In this document: one piece after another, positions 55,891 to 64,000 of the stretch
How the letters are laid out: every line of letters begins with the position of its first letter
Position numbering within the stretch: position 1 is the stretch's first letter
Source of the DNA: Dehalococcoidales bacterium
GTDB taxonomy: Bacteria > Chloroflexota > Dehalococcoidia > Dehalococcoidales > UBA2162
Assembly (NCBI GenBank): GCA_034416335.1
Contig: DAOULV010000003.1
Location: 45,617 to 109,616, forward strand
Length of the DNA: 64,000 bases
Direction: 5' to 3'
The notes under the pieces: model-generated
Seen by the model: the letters and a program-made list of their open reading frames with translations, nothing else
What the model was told of the DNA's origin: nothing
The model's database searches: none
Program-made: the position numbers and the translations under genes

Positions 55891-56553
55891 TTGAAATTCA
55901 TTAAACGTTTCATAATCGGAATTATTGTTGTTGTCATCCTGGCCGTCGTGGCAGTCGTCGTTTCCATTTTCGGCCCCCAAATATGGTCCAACTTTGGTAG
56001 TGAATCTGACTACAGCGTAACGTTACCGGCTGACGCTAAACCGGTAACCGACCGTTACGACGTCTTAATGGTAAAAGGAGACTACGGGCAGGAACACCCT
56101 GTTATTCTGCCCAGACCGCAACCTCCTTCACCTCCATCCAACCGTTTTACGACTGGCCCTGAAGGTCAGGCCGCAGCAGTCGCTGAGGACGTATTAAGGT
56201 CCAGCGGAATCCCGGCAGATGTTTACGTCGTCCAAGGAACAATCACCGGCGAACCAGTAATGGTAATTTCTATGGAAATCAGCCAGCGACTACCAACCTC
56301 AGCACAGAATCTGGACGAGACGGTTTCAAAGCTTATCAGCGCCTGCCGGAGCGAGGGAGTGGATTTAACGGGTATTGCCGGTGTTCTCCACAATGAAGAG
56401 GGAGAACCACTGATGGCTTTCAGCACCAGTATCGACGAAGCTCTCGACTATCGTGATGGTGAGATTCCCAATGATGAAGTAATGGAACACCTGGGTCTGA
56501 GCCTGATTGACCGGAAAGAAATTATAAGCCTTCTATCGGAGTTACGACCGTGA
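55891..56553 (+). CDS. membrane-anchored hypothetical protein
   Basis: TTG start after AGGAAG. N-terminal TM helix IIGIIVVVILAVVAVVVSIF. I recognise no family. Confidence 0.5.
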   Translation: MKFIKRFIIGIIVVVILAVVAVVVSIFGPQIWSNFGSESDYSVTLPADAKPVTDRYDVLMVKGDYGQEHPVILPRPQPPSPPSNRFTTGPEGQAAAVAEDVLRSSGIPADVYVVQGTITGEPVMVISMEISQRLPTSAQNLDETVSKLISACRSEGVDLTGIAGVLHNEEGEPLMAFSTSIDEALDYRDGEIPNDEVMEHLGLSLIDRKEIISLLSELRP

Positions 56554-58064
56554 AAAGCGAGATGAAAAACAAGGGACTGCCGCGATTCAGGAAAGCCTTC
56601 GCTTTGACGGCGCTGGCGATGTTGCTGGTTTTCACGGCGGTGTTCCCGACTGCCTGCACGGATGCGGAACTCGATGAATGGATATCCCTGGCCCTGGACT
56701 GGCTCACCAGTTCGGAAGGTTTGCTGGCTTCCTCATTCGGAGTTGACCAGGATGCCGGGACGGATGAAGGTAACGACGCCCTGGAGGCTGCTAAAGATAT
56801 CAAGGCTATGGTGGAGTCGTCCAGACTGAGAGACGAAGCCAGAGCTCTGGAGGAATCCGGAGACTACCAGGGAGCGATGGAGAAATACAATGAAGCAGTT
56901 AACACCGCTCCGAAGGACTCTCAGGCGTGGGAAGCGCGGGCACGATTCCTGGACAGTATGGGCCAGTACGAAGATGCAATAAAAGACTACGATGAGGCCA
57001 TCAAAAAGAATGACGAACGCGGCATCACAAGTGCCGGTGAACTGTACCAGGCACGGGCGGCGGCGCTGCTTCATGCCGGTAAACCGAAAGACGCTTTAGA
57101 CGATATCGAACGGGCGGAGGAAGCTTACACGGAAGCCGGAGAGAGGGTGCCTGACCACCTGCAAAAAGACCGGGAGATTGTTGAGGCCCACATACAGAAA
57201 GAAGAACTGGTTGAAGCAGGAATTATTCATCAGGACGGGACCATAAATGAAGAGATCTTTGATGAAGAGTGGCGGAAGTATTCCGATTTTGATGACCGAA
57301 TTCCCCTACAGTCGCGAAGTTATGAAGTCCAGCAATGGGAATCCAACGCACGGGAAAAAGCAGACCTGATGCTGGAATACTTCCTGCTGGAGCGTGACCA
57401 GGAAATCGAAGCCCAGATACGAAAAGAAGCTCGGGCTTATCAGGAAGCCTTGAGAAGGAACGAGAAACAAAACGTTATCAAGACATTTATCCGGATGTCC
57501 CTGCTTACCTATACCACCATTAAAGGCACACCGGGGCTCGGTTCCGGCGCGGTTGGACTGGGTAAATCATATTCCAAGTTGTTCACCGGAACCGGAAACC
57601 TGCTAACGGTCGGTGAAGGTCTGCAGCAACTGGGGCATCTGCTCAATGTAATTAATGGCTTGACACCTACAGACGCTCCTTACGCATTTAACGGGAAGCA
57701 GCTCTCAGGCCAGATAGGTTCTGCCGGAGCGTCCGTAGCGATAGAAACCGTCCAGGAACTGGGAAGTCCGGTCGCCGTGGGTACAAAAATCGTACAGGAG
57801 ACCACCAAGCTGGTGGTTCCCACCGACTTTGCACTCAGCCAGGATGAGCTCGATATCCTCAAGCAGCAGCACGACCAGATTGGTTTGATTGATGAAGCTA
57901 TGAACGCAAGCTATGATGCCGCCAGGCAGAGACAGGCTCGAATGGATGAAATTACCAGTCAGATCGGCCAGATAGATGACCAGCTTGTACAGTGGGAAGC
58001 TTCGGAAAAAGAACGGGTAGCCCGTTCTCTCGCATCCACCTACGAAAAAGCACTCGCAGACTAA
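56550..58064 (+). CDS. TPR-repeat lipoprotein, unknown function
   Basis: Lipobox-like VFPTA-C. TPR units: GDYQGAMEKYNEAVNTAP / QAWEARARFLDSMGQYEDAIKDYDEAIK. 4-nt overlap with the upstream gene. Confidence 0.6.
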   Translation: MKSEMKNKGLPRFRKAFALTALAMLLVFTAVFPTACTDAELDEWISLALDWLTSSEGLLASSFGVDQDAGTDEGNDALEAAKDIKAMVESSRLRDEARALEESGDYQGAMEKYNEAVNTAPKDSQAWEARARFLDSMGQYEDAIKDYDEAIKKNDERGITSAGELYQARAAALLHAGKPKDALDDIERAEEAYTEAGERVPDHLQKDREIVEAHIQKEELVEAGIIHQDGTINEEIFDEEWRKYSDFDDRIPLQSRSYEVQQWESNAREKADLMLEYFLLERDQEIEAQIRKEARAYQEALRRNEKQNVIKTFIRMSLLTYTTIKGTPGLGSGAVGLGKSYSKLFTGTGNLLTVGEGLQQLGHLLNVINGLTPTDAPYAFNGKQLSGQIGSAGASVAIETVQELGSPVAVGTKIVQETTKLVVPTDFALSQDELDILKQQHDQIGLIDEAMNASYDAARQRQARMDEITSQIGQIDDQLVQWEASEKERVARSLASTYEKALAD

Positions 58065-58133
58065 TAAAAACAGAGAGTGCTGGCAATTCCCTGCAAAAAC
58101 CGTTAGTAAGGATTGTTTTTGCTTAAATACGTC

Positions 58134-59270
58134 TTACCGCTTTATTTGCAGATACAGTTCGTCACCCGGGGTGGGATTCTTGATGGTGGACTGATCGTTA
58201 TACACAAGCCGGGACTTTCCGTCCACTAACTCCCGCGTGATTTTATACCGCTCTTTGTCCTGCATATAATATGGAATGAAACAGACAGGTTTCCCTAACC
58301 TTTTAATGGTTACTGCACCGCGCCACATTCCGGGAGGAACAGCTATAACCCCGGGGTACTCGAAATTCACCGCCTCCATATGGTCGGGGTCTTCCCCAAG
58401 CATTACTTCTATGTCAGCGTCAAAGCTATCCCACGGTTCTACGACGTCCGTTCCTGAAAACCACAGGAATTCCGCTACCTGTCCGTTACTCATCGGTTCG
58501 TCATCTCCAAGCTTGCACGGCGCTGTAATGATGTTAAAGCTGAACTGGTACCCGGTGCCGGGCATATCTTCTTTACCTTTATAAACACACCTGGGATTCA
58601 TTACCGCATCTCCGAGTTTGTGGTAATCTTTCCTCAATTCCCTGATGCAGTCTTTATATTTTCCAGCTGTCGAAGCGTTTTCGTAAAAAGGTTCCATATA
58701 TTTGCGGACATCCTCGTCTGTCTGCTTCGGATCGGTGAAGCAAAGTCCGCAGAAGGTGCATAATTTTGTCTGGTCCTTTACACATGGTCTCGAGTTTTCT
58801 TTCTCGTAGAACCATTCCTCTTTTCCGTTTTCATCAAGACGGCTGTAAACTCTTCCCGTAGTAGTGCCAACATAGGTAAGCATGGTATTCAGGCCCCTGA
58901 CAACCTTTTTAAAATACACAGGACTGTGCCATACGCCCGGAGGAGCACTCACGATAGACGGCTTCGTTATATGGTATATCTCCATGGATTCTGCGGAGTC
59001 ACCTATACAAAAGCCGATTTCAAATTCAGCTTCAAATATCCTCTCAAGTTCAGCGCCTGTGAAAACGAAGAAATTATACGCTCCGTCGTGGATATGGGGA
59101 ATATCCATAGTTCCAACTTTATTGGCAACAAGGAAGCCCGTTCCAAACGGGACATCCGGAATTACATCGTCGGAATTAAAGAAACCCATTCGCGGACTGG
59201 TGTAACCGTACCAGTTATCTTTCGCGTGCGTTTGTATAAACGGAATGTACTGTCTATCGAGCTTACCCAT
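58134..59270 (-). CDS. tandem double cupin-like protein with a central 4-Cys insert (paralogous pattern to 23194..24051)
   Basis: I prefer the ATG at 59270, 6 nt after GGAGGTG; the track's longer N-terminus runs into a transposase remnant. Motifs: FFVFTGAE...IVSAPPGVWHSPV and FLWFSGTD...VIAVPPGMWRGAV. Insert: CVKDQTKLCTFCGLC. Confidence 0.55.
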   Translation of the reverse strand: MGKLDRQYIPFIQTHAKDNWYGYTSPRMGFFNSDDVIPDVPFGTGFLVANKVGTMDIPHIHDGAYNFFVFTGAELERIFEAEFEIGFCIGDSAESMEIYHITKPSIVSAPPGVWHSPVYFKKVVRGLNTMLTYVGTTTGRVYSRLDENGKEEWFYEKENSRPCVKDQTKLCTFCGLCFTDPKQTDEDVRKYMEPFYENASTAGKYKDCIRELRKDYHKLGDAVMNPRCVYKGKEDMPGTGYQFSFNIITAPCKLGDDEPMSNGQVAEFLWFSGTDVVEPWDSFDADIEVMLGEDPDHMEAVNFEYPGVIAVPPGMWRGAVTIKRLGKPVCFIPYYMQDKERYKITRELVDGKSRLVYNDQSTIKNPTPGDELYLQIKR

Positions 59271-59358
59271 TTTTAACACCTCCAAAATAGATGGTCTTAC
59301 TATTGTCCGATTAATGCAATTTGCCGGGTTGACCTGACCCCGGTGGCGCTGCCGGTTG

Positions 59359-59571
59359 TTAGCTATTAGTACCGAATAATATCTCTTTAAAGTCTGGTAG
59401 CTGATAGTGCCAGGCACTATGCGGTCGAAGCTCATTATATTCTCTTCGCCATCGACTTATCAATACTTTGGTCTCTTGCCGCGTCGTAATAATCTCATGG
59501 TAATGACTGCCGAGGTTACACACAACACAGAATTTTTTCAGGGGGAGTTCGACTCTCTCCCACTTCTCCAA
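59359..59571 (-). pseudogene. remnant of an rve/integrase-core (IS3-family-like) transposase C-terminus
   Basis: ...ETKVLISRWRREYNELRPHSAWHYQLP matches the conserved WRxxYNxxRPHSxLGYxxP tail of IS3-type OrfB. No catalytic DDE region or terminal inverted repeats are present. Confidence 0.6.
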
Positions 59572-59598
59572 TTAACAGGTTGCTTTGAAATGAAATGT

Positions 59599-59628
59599 TA
59601 AGGCTCCTCGTTATCGTGAGGAGCCTTA
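59599..59628 (-). terminator. terminator-like hairpin downstream of 59652..61241
   Basis: TAAGGCTCCTC-(8 nt)-GAGGAGCCTTA. The minus-strand continuation is T-rich (ACATTTCATTTC). Confidence 0.55.
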
Positions 59629-59651
59629 ATAGGTAAGACGATATTTCAGAC

Positions 59652-61241
59652 TTAACCCAGGATTTCCATTGCCTCTTCTTTGTAGCAGTCCATAAGATAG
59701 GGAATCCCTGTCACTTTTGCACATTCTTCGGTCAGCGACATAAGGTGCTTCCTGGACAGCGAAGGTATACTGAAACTCCTGGCACCGGCCATAAGCTGCT
59801 GCAAACCGACCTTTATCTTCTCGGAATAACTATAGATGCCTATTGCACCGAGAGGAATTTTATTAATTTCATCGGCACCGACAATACTTTTTACGTCTTC
59901 GTAACAGACGAATATTTCCTCCGGAGTAGAACCGAACTGCCCTACCGTATTGGGAAGTTTATCCTCTTCAATCCACTGTGTGATATTCTTTCCGACCATC
60001 CCGGGAATCATCAGGGCTCTTCCCATACAAACTGCCCTGACAAATGGTGCCCCGAGAGCCAGCGCTTTGAACACACCGTCCTCACTGCTGAATCCTCCGG
60101 CAAAAGCTATATCCGGTACCCTTATTCCTCTATCGGCAAGTTTTTTACAGAACTCGTAAGCGGCGGAATGGAGATAAAGACTGGGTATCCCCCATTCTTC
60201 CATCATTCTCCACGGACTCATACCCGTACCACCGCCGGCACCGTCTATAGTCAACAGGTCTATCCTGGCATTAGCGCTCCATTTTATTGCCATGGCGAGT
60301 TCACGCAGGCTGTAGGCTCCGGTCTTGAGAGTCACCCGTTTAAAGCCGATATCTCTCAGACGCTGTACCTCATTATAAAAAGATTCTTCGCCGATGAATC
60401 CCAGGCGGCTGTGCCGTTCGAATTCTTTCAACGAACCATTTCTGAATGCAGCTTGAGACAGCGGATCGGATGGGTCGGGCGTGACAATGTACCCGCGTTT
60501 TTGAAGCTCTAAAGCTCTTTCAAGGCTTCCAACCTTTATCTCGCCCCCGATGCATTTGGCACCCTGACCCCATTTCAATTCGATGGTATCGAGCCCGTGC
60601 TTTTCATTAACGTACTCGGCTACTCCGAGGCGGGTATCCTCGACATTCATCTGTACCAGTATTTCACCGTATCCCTGATGATAGCGGCGGTAGGTCTCGA
60701 TTCTCCGATCCATATCGGGAGCAGCTGTAACTTTACCCTGGTTGTTAAGCTGAAGTTCAGGATCAATCCCGCAGACATTTTCACCACAGACCAGAGTGAC
60801 ACCACTGAGAGCCGCCCCGACTGCGAAATGCTCCCAGTTTTTCCGGGCTATCTCGGTTGAGCCGAGAGCTCCGGTGAAAATAGGAACCTTCATCTTTACT
60901 TTCCTGTCCCAGCCGTATTCTGTTTCAGTATTGACGGACGGGAAAGTCGCCGTATCAGGATCGCCGATAACGCCGTCAGGCAGACCGTCGGCACCGAGAG
61001 CGTATCCCTGAATGTTAAGATGAGAGTAGTCTACAGGATAATCCTTGTCACCACCCGCAGTCACATCACCAAAAGGTCCCGGATATATCAGTTCACGACC
61101 TCGGAATGTTGCCTTGAAAACTTCACAGTTTCCGGTACAACCGTCGATACAACGTGAGCAGAGTCCGCTGGAAGGAACTACGCTCCTGGAACGATTTGCC
61201 GTCCTGGTAGCATCGTTAGCGTTGGGTCTTTGAAGGTTCAA
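59652..61241 (-). CDS. FMN-binding glutamate synthase (GltB domain 2)-related protein with an N-terminal Cys cluster
   Basis: CSRCIDGCTGNCEVF; TIDGAGGGTGMSP; FAGGFSSEDGVFKALALGAP. Confidence 0.8.
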   Translation of the reverse strand: MNLQRPNANDATRTANRSRSVVPSSGLCSRCIDGCTGNCEVFKATFRGRELIYPGPFGDVTAGGDKDYPVDYSHLNIQGYALGADGLPDGVIGDPDTATFPSVNTETEYGWDRKVKMKVPIFTGALGSTEIARKNWEHFAVGAALSGVTLVCGENVCGIDPELQLNNQGKVTAAPDMDRRIETYRRYHQGYGEILVQMNVEDTRLGVAEYVNEKHGLDTIELKWGQGAKCIGGEIKVGSLERALELQKRGYIVTPDPSDPLSQAAFRNGSLKEFERHSRLGFIGEESFYNEVQRLRDIGFKRVTLKTGAYSLRELAMAIKWSANARIDLLTIDGAGGGTGMSPWRMMEEWGIPSLYLHSAAYEFCKKLADRGIRVPDIAFAGGFSSEDGVFKALALGAPFVRAVCMGRALMIPGMVGKNITQWIEEDKLPNTVGQFGSTPEEIFVCYEDVKSIVGADEINKIPLGAIGIYSYSEKIKVGLQQLMAGARSFSIPSLSRKHLMSLTEECAKVTGIPYLMDCYKEEAMEILG

Positions 61242-61380
61242 TTTTCAGTCTCCTTTTTATTGTATTCACCAAGTCAATCTACATTTTCTAAAGAAAGTTG
61301 TCAACACGTAATATTGTTACAATATATCAACTATAATCAGATAAGCTAAGCTAATTCGATGTAATCAGGAATAATCGGAG

Positions 61381-62064
61381 TTAGCTGTCTTTCAGCATAT
61401 AGCCGGACCCGCGTTTATTGATTATCATATCCGGAGGTTCATCGCCCAGTTTGTGGCGCAGGCGTCGTATGAATATCCGAATATGATTATTGTCGCCGGA
61501 GTACTCCTTGCCCCAGACTTCCATGCTGATTCGGTCATAATCAACAATACTGCCGTTGTTCCGGGCCAGCAGGACCAGGAGGCGATACTCGAACGGGGTG
61601 AGAACAACGGGTTGGTTACCGACTTTTACCTTCTGATTGACAAAATCTATGGTGATTCTGGAATTCACCGCATTATTCTGCTCGCCGGAAAAGGGGATTG
61701 ATTCCGTACGCCGAAGTACGGCTTTTATCCTGGCCAGCAGATTCATATAGTTAAAAGGTTTTATTATATAGTCATCAGCTCCGTACTCAAGTCCTTTAAG
61801 CATATCTTCGTCATCTGACCTTACGGTCAGTACTATAACCGGCACAGAGGAGAACTTCCGTATCTCCCTTAACACATCAAAGCCGCTCATATCAGGCAGG
61901 TTTAAGTCGAGGATTACAATATCCGGAGACTCATTTTTTACCAGATTGATACCAGTTTTGCCTGTCGTACCGTCTATCAGTGAAGCGTCCTGCCAGCGGA
62001 ACTCAAAAGCCACTCTGACGGCGTCGATGATTTTCCTTTCATCCTCTATGATTAATGCTTTCAT
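61381..62064 (-). CDS. OmpR/PhoB-family response regulator
   Basis: Receiver domain MKALIIEDE...DIVILDLNLPDMSGF...KPF, and a winged-helix output domain LTPFEYRLLVLLARN...IRIFIRRLRHKL. Confidence 0.9.
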   Translation of the reverse strand: MKALIIEDERKIIDAVRVAFEFRWQDASLIDGTTGKTGINLVKNESPDIVILDLNLPDMSGFDVLREIRKFSSVPVIVLTVRSDDEDMLKGLEYGADDYIIKPFNYMNLLARIKAVLRRTESIPFSGEQNNAVNSRITIDFVNQKVKVGNQPVVLTPFEYRLLVLLARNNGSIVDYDRISMEVWGKEYSGDNNHIRIFIRRLRHKLGDEPPDMIINKRGSGYMLKDS

Positions 62065-63245
62065 TTTTTAGACTGCTTTCCATTTTCCGGAACAGTGGAT
62101 ACAACAGGTAGAGTAAAGAAAAAACTGGCTCCTTTGCTTTTGCTGTTTACCCATATTTTACCGCCGTGGAGTTCCACCAGCATCTTGCAGAGGGCAAGCC
62201 CTATTCCCAGTCCGGCTACCGGTTCATTTCCCTGTCCGGCTTGGTAGCCCGGCTCGAAGAGACGTTTCTGCTGGTCGGGAGGTATTCCGGGGCCTTTATC
62301 CCGTACCTCAATACGCACAAATTTCTCGTTTGCAGTACCGAGTATTGTAACCTCTCTGCCATCGGCTGCATATTTGAAGGCATTATTCAGCAAGTTCAAT
62401 ACTACCTGCCGCACGCGAATCTCGTCTGCGTATACCAGAGGCAGGTTATCCGCAAGCTTCAGTTTGAGCTCGATACCGCTCTGCTCCGCCAGCGCCTGCA
62501 TTTCGCTGATAACAGCCGGCAACAAGACATTTATATCGAAAGGCTTTACCTCTAACTTGAGAGTACCGATTTCGCCCTTGACAACATCGTGCAGTTCGTC
62601 AATTCTCGTGTTTAAGCTGTTGGCCCCCTCCCAGACATATCCGGCGAGCTTGCCCAGTCTTTCGCTTCTCTCTTCATCATAAAGAAGCTGACTGGTAGCC
62701 AAAAGCGCCGTGAGGGGTGTTTTTAGTTCGTGGATCAGATTGCGGGTGAAGGCGATTCTCCGCTGCATTTCAGCCTGGATCTGCTCTCTGAGATGTTTCT
62801 CCTCTTGATAGAGAGACTGGAGCCTGTCCTCCGCCATTCTGTGTTCAATAATGTGTCCCAGCCTCTCAGCTATCGCGTGTATCAGGTTGCGTTCCTCTCT
62901 CAGAAAAGGTCCTTCATCGCTTTCCGGCATCTCCTCCAGGTAACAGACATCTATTTCCCCTGAAACCGTGCCGTTAACGACAATGGTTTCAGACTGTTTC
63001 CAGCGTGTTTCCCTGAAATTTTTAGTCTTATACCGTTTATTCTTGAGTCCGATACTGGCGCAGGTAACCTCCGGGTACTGCCATGAAGGGGGTACTAAGT
63101 CCGCAACTCCCTGGAGAATCTCTTCCACCGAGAGGTCTCCCTGCTCAACGAGCCGTGTAATACCATACAGGCAATTGAGTTCCTTTATACGTTCCTGTAG
63201 TCGATGGGTTACCTCATTAAGGCTGTCGCTCTTCATTCCAGACAT
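62061..63245 (-). CDS. cytoplasmic sensor histidine kinase (N-terminal sensor domain + HisKA + HATPase_c)
   Basis: H-box FTRNLIHELKTPLTAL, N-box LLNNAFKY, G-boxes DKGPGI / GLGIGL. ATGA overlap with the response regulator gene. Confidence 0.9.
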   Translation of the reverse strand: MSGMKSDSLNEVTHRLQERIKELNCLYGITRLVEQGDLSVEEILQGVADLVPPSWQYPEVTCASIGLKNKRYKTKNFRETRWKQSETIVVNGTVSGEIDVCYLEEMPESDEGPFLREERNLIHAIAERLGHIIEHRMAEDRLQSLYQEEKHLREQIQAEMQRRIAFTRNLIHELKTPLTALLATSQLLYDEERSERLGKLAGYVWEGANSLNTRIDELHDVVKGEIGTLKLEVKPFDINVLLPAVISEMQALAEQSGIELKLKLADNLPLVYADEIRVRQVVLNLLNNAFKYAADGREVTILGTANEKFVRIEVRDKGPGIPPDQQKRLFEPGYQAGQGNEPVAGLGIGLALCKMLVELHGGKIWVNSKSKGASFFFTLPVVSTVPENGKQSKK

Positions 63246-63551
63246 GTTCCCGCATTAGTTCTGACTGGAGAATTATACAACGTGTTATTAGATGTGAACA
63301 AGGAAGAGTCCGCGGAAAGTAAAAGAGCCAGGCTGCTACGTGTTTGATAACTTATTTATGGGTCTTTTTAAAGGCTTCAAAAACCGAATAACTTCAATGC
63401 CATATTTCTGGCAGTTCGTTATGTGTACAGGCTATAACGAAACTTCAAGCGTAATGGCTGCTTCGATGTAACGATTGAGTTCCGGCATCTATAGCCCCCA
63501 CTTAATACAGGTCCTGATCGATGAGCATATTAAATCTAGTTAAGATGTATA

Positions 63552-64000
63552 CTAATAAGCCAGATTATATATGTAATCCGGCACTCTGATCTCACCCCTG
63601 GGCTGGTCATACGGTGGATAATATGGTTTGATATCGATAACCGGTGTGCCGTCTAGAACATCCAGTCCACTCAATTTCAAAACATTTCCTTTTCTCTCGA
63701 TTAGCCTGACTGTTGTTAACCCGACCGGGTTAGGCCTGTCCGGTCACCTGGTAGCCAACATCCCGAGGAAGGGAACATCATTTCTCCCCTGCGGATGACA
63801 TCCTTCCCGATAGGTGTCGATACGGTTAAGCCAGTACAAAACCACAATATGCGAAAAGTCTTCAATTCCGTCCAAACATCTGGCGCAATCATCGTTTATA
63901 ACCAGTTCTGTTTCTAATTCTGTCAGACCGCCGGTTTGGGGTTCTTTTAGAGATGAATTAACGTATCCGATAGGTTTTATTTTAATATTGCCTTCAGGAT
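63552..64000 (-). CDS. trmO: TrmO/TsaA (YaeB, UPF0066)-like tRNA methyltransferase, N-terminus outside the window, interrupted by an in-frame TGA at 63744..63746
   Basis: My own translation: ...IKPIGYVNSS...LDGIEDFSHIVVLYW...VPFLGMLATR-TGA-PDRPNPVGLTTVRLIERKGNVLKLSGLDVLDGTPVIDIKPYYPPYD...*. It is not in the ORF track because neither half has a start codon. It is either a selenoprotein form or a nonsense pseudogene. Confidence 0.6.
63717..63732 (-). promoter_or_regulatory. perfect hairpin 11 nt downstream of the TrmO in-frame UGA (candidate SECIS)
   Basis: The mRNA reads UAACCCG-GU-CGGGUUA (7-bp arms). It is built from the codons for the conserved PNPVGL. Confidence 0.4.

Noticed and set aside
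63259-63551. 293-bp ORF-free gap after the histidine kinase gene, considered as a possible ncRNA
   Set aside because: I found no convincing conserved-looking helices, promoter/terminator pair or repeat. It is probably just the promoter region for the two-component operon plus the TrmO 3' UTR.
1-64000. Alternative genetic code (TGA = Trp or Gly) as the explanation for the four in-frame TGAs
   Set aside because: About eight well-supported genes terminate at TGA at family-typical C-termini or at ATGA/GTGA coupling overlaps: 3780, 5247, 8846, 20115, 37542, 48936, 56553 and 62061. The interrupted genes each have a hairpin right after the TGA, which points to site-specific recoding instead.

Overview
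Chromosomal window of about 57 protein genes and 3 tRNAs (Phe-GAA, Gly-GCC, Val-CAC, all with encoded CCA). I found no rRNA, no CRISPR array and no intact mobile element. All protein calls rest on my own reading of motifs in the ORF translations. No database search was possible, so family names are recollections to be confirmed by HMM or BLAST. The gene content (tsaD, hom, PAC2, DUF2851, COG1900, many redox enzymes, 'GTCATTGCGAG' palindromic repeats) suggests a Chloroflexota/Dehalococcoidia-like anaerobe, but that is inference only. Housekeeping genes include a CorC/CNNM transporter, an M42 peptidase, tsaD, hom, rnhA, a ChlI-like ATPase + VWA pair, SDRs, a GH67 alpha-glucuronidase, ino1 and a two-component system. 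Five things stand out. (1) Four genes carry an in-frame TGA followed 11-14 nt later by a hairpin with GT in its loop: a UGSC-like fusion protein, an ArsS-type radical SAM, a CUCxC lipoprotein and a TrmO-like protein. Other genes end normally at TGA, so this fits selenocysteine recoding rather than an altered genetic code. (2) An AT-rich 1.7-kb islet carries a compact ABC-type ATPase plus a 158-aa TOPRIM-like protein, a candidate minimal split-OLD / PARIS-AbiL-like defence pair. (3) A hicBA cassette is bracketed by 30-bp direct repeats in an AT-rich islet next to tRNA-Val. (4) An orphan terminase small/large pair sits among housekeeping genes. (5) A roughly 285-360 bp structured repeat is present twice, each copy just upstream of a TTGACA promoter box. 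Also present are a sulfur-carrier operon (Rrf2, ThiF-like E1, cysteine desulfurase, CysK/M, CysE, MoaD-like-GG, COG1900) and an FeS/NrfD/cytochrome c membrane module that lacks a catalytic subunit.
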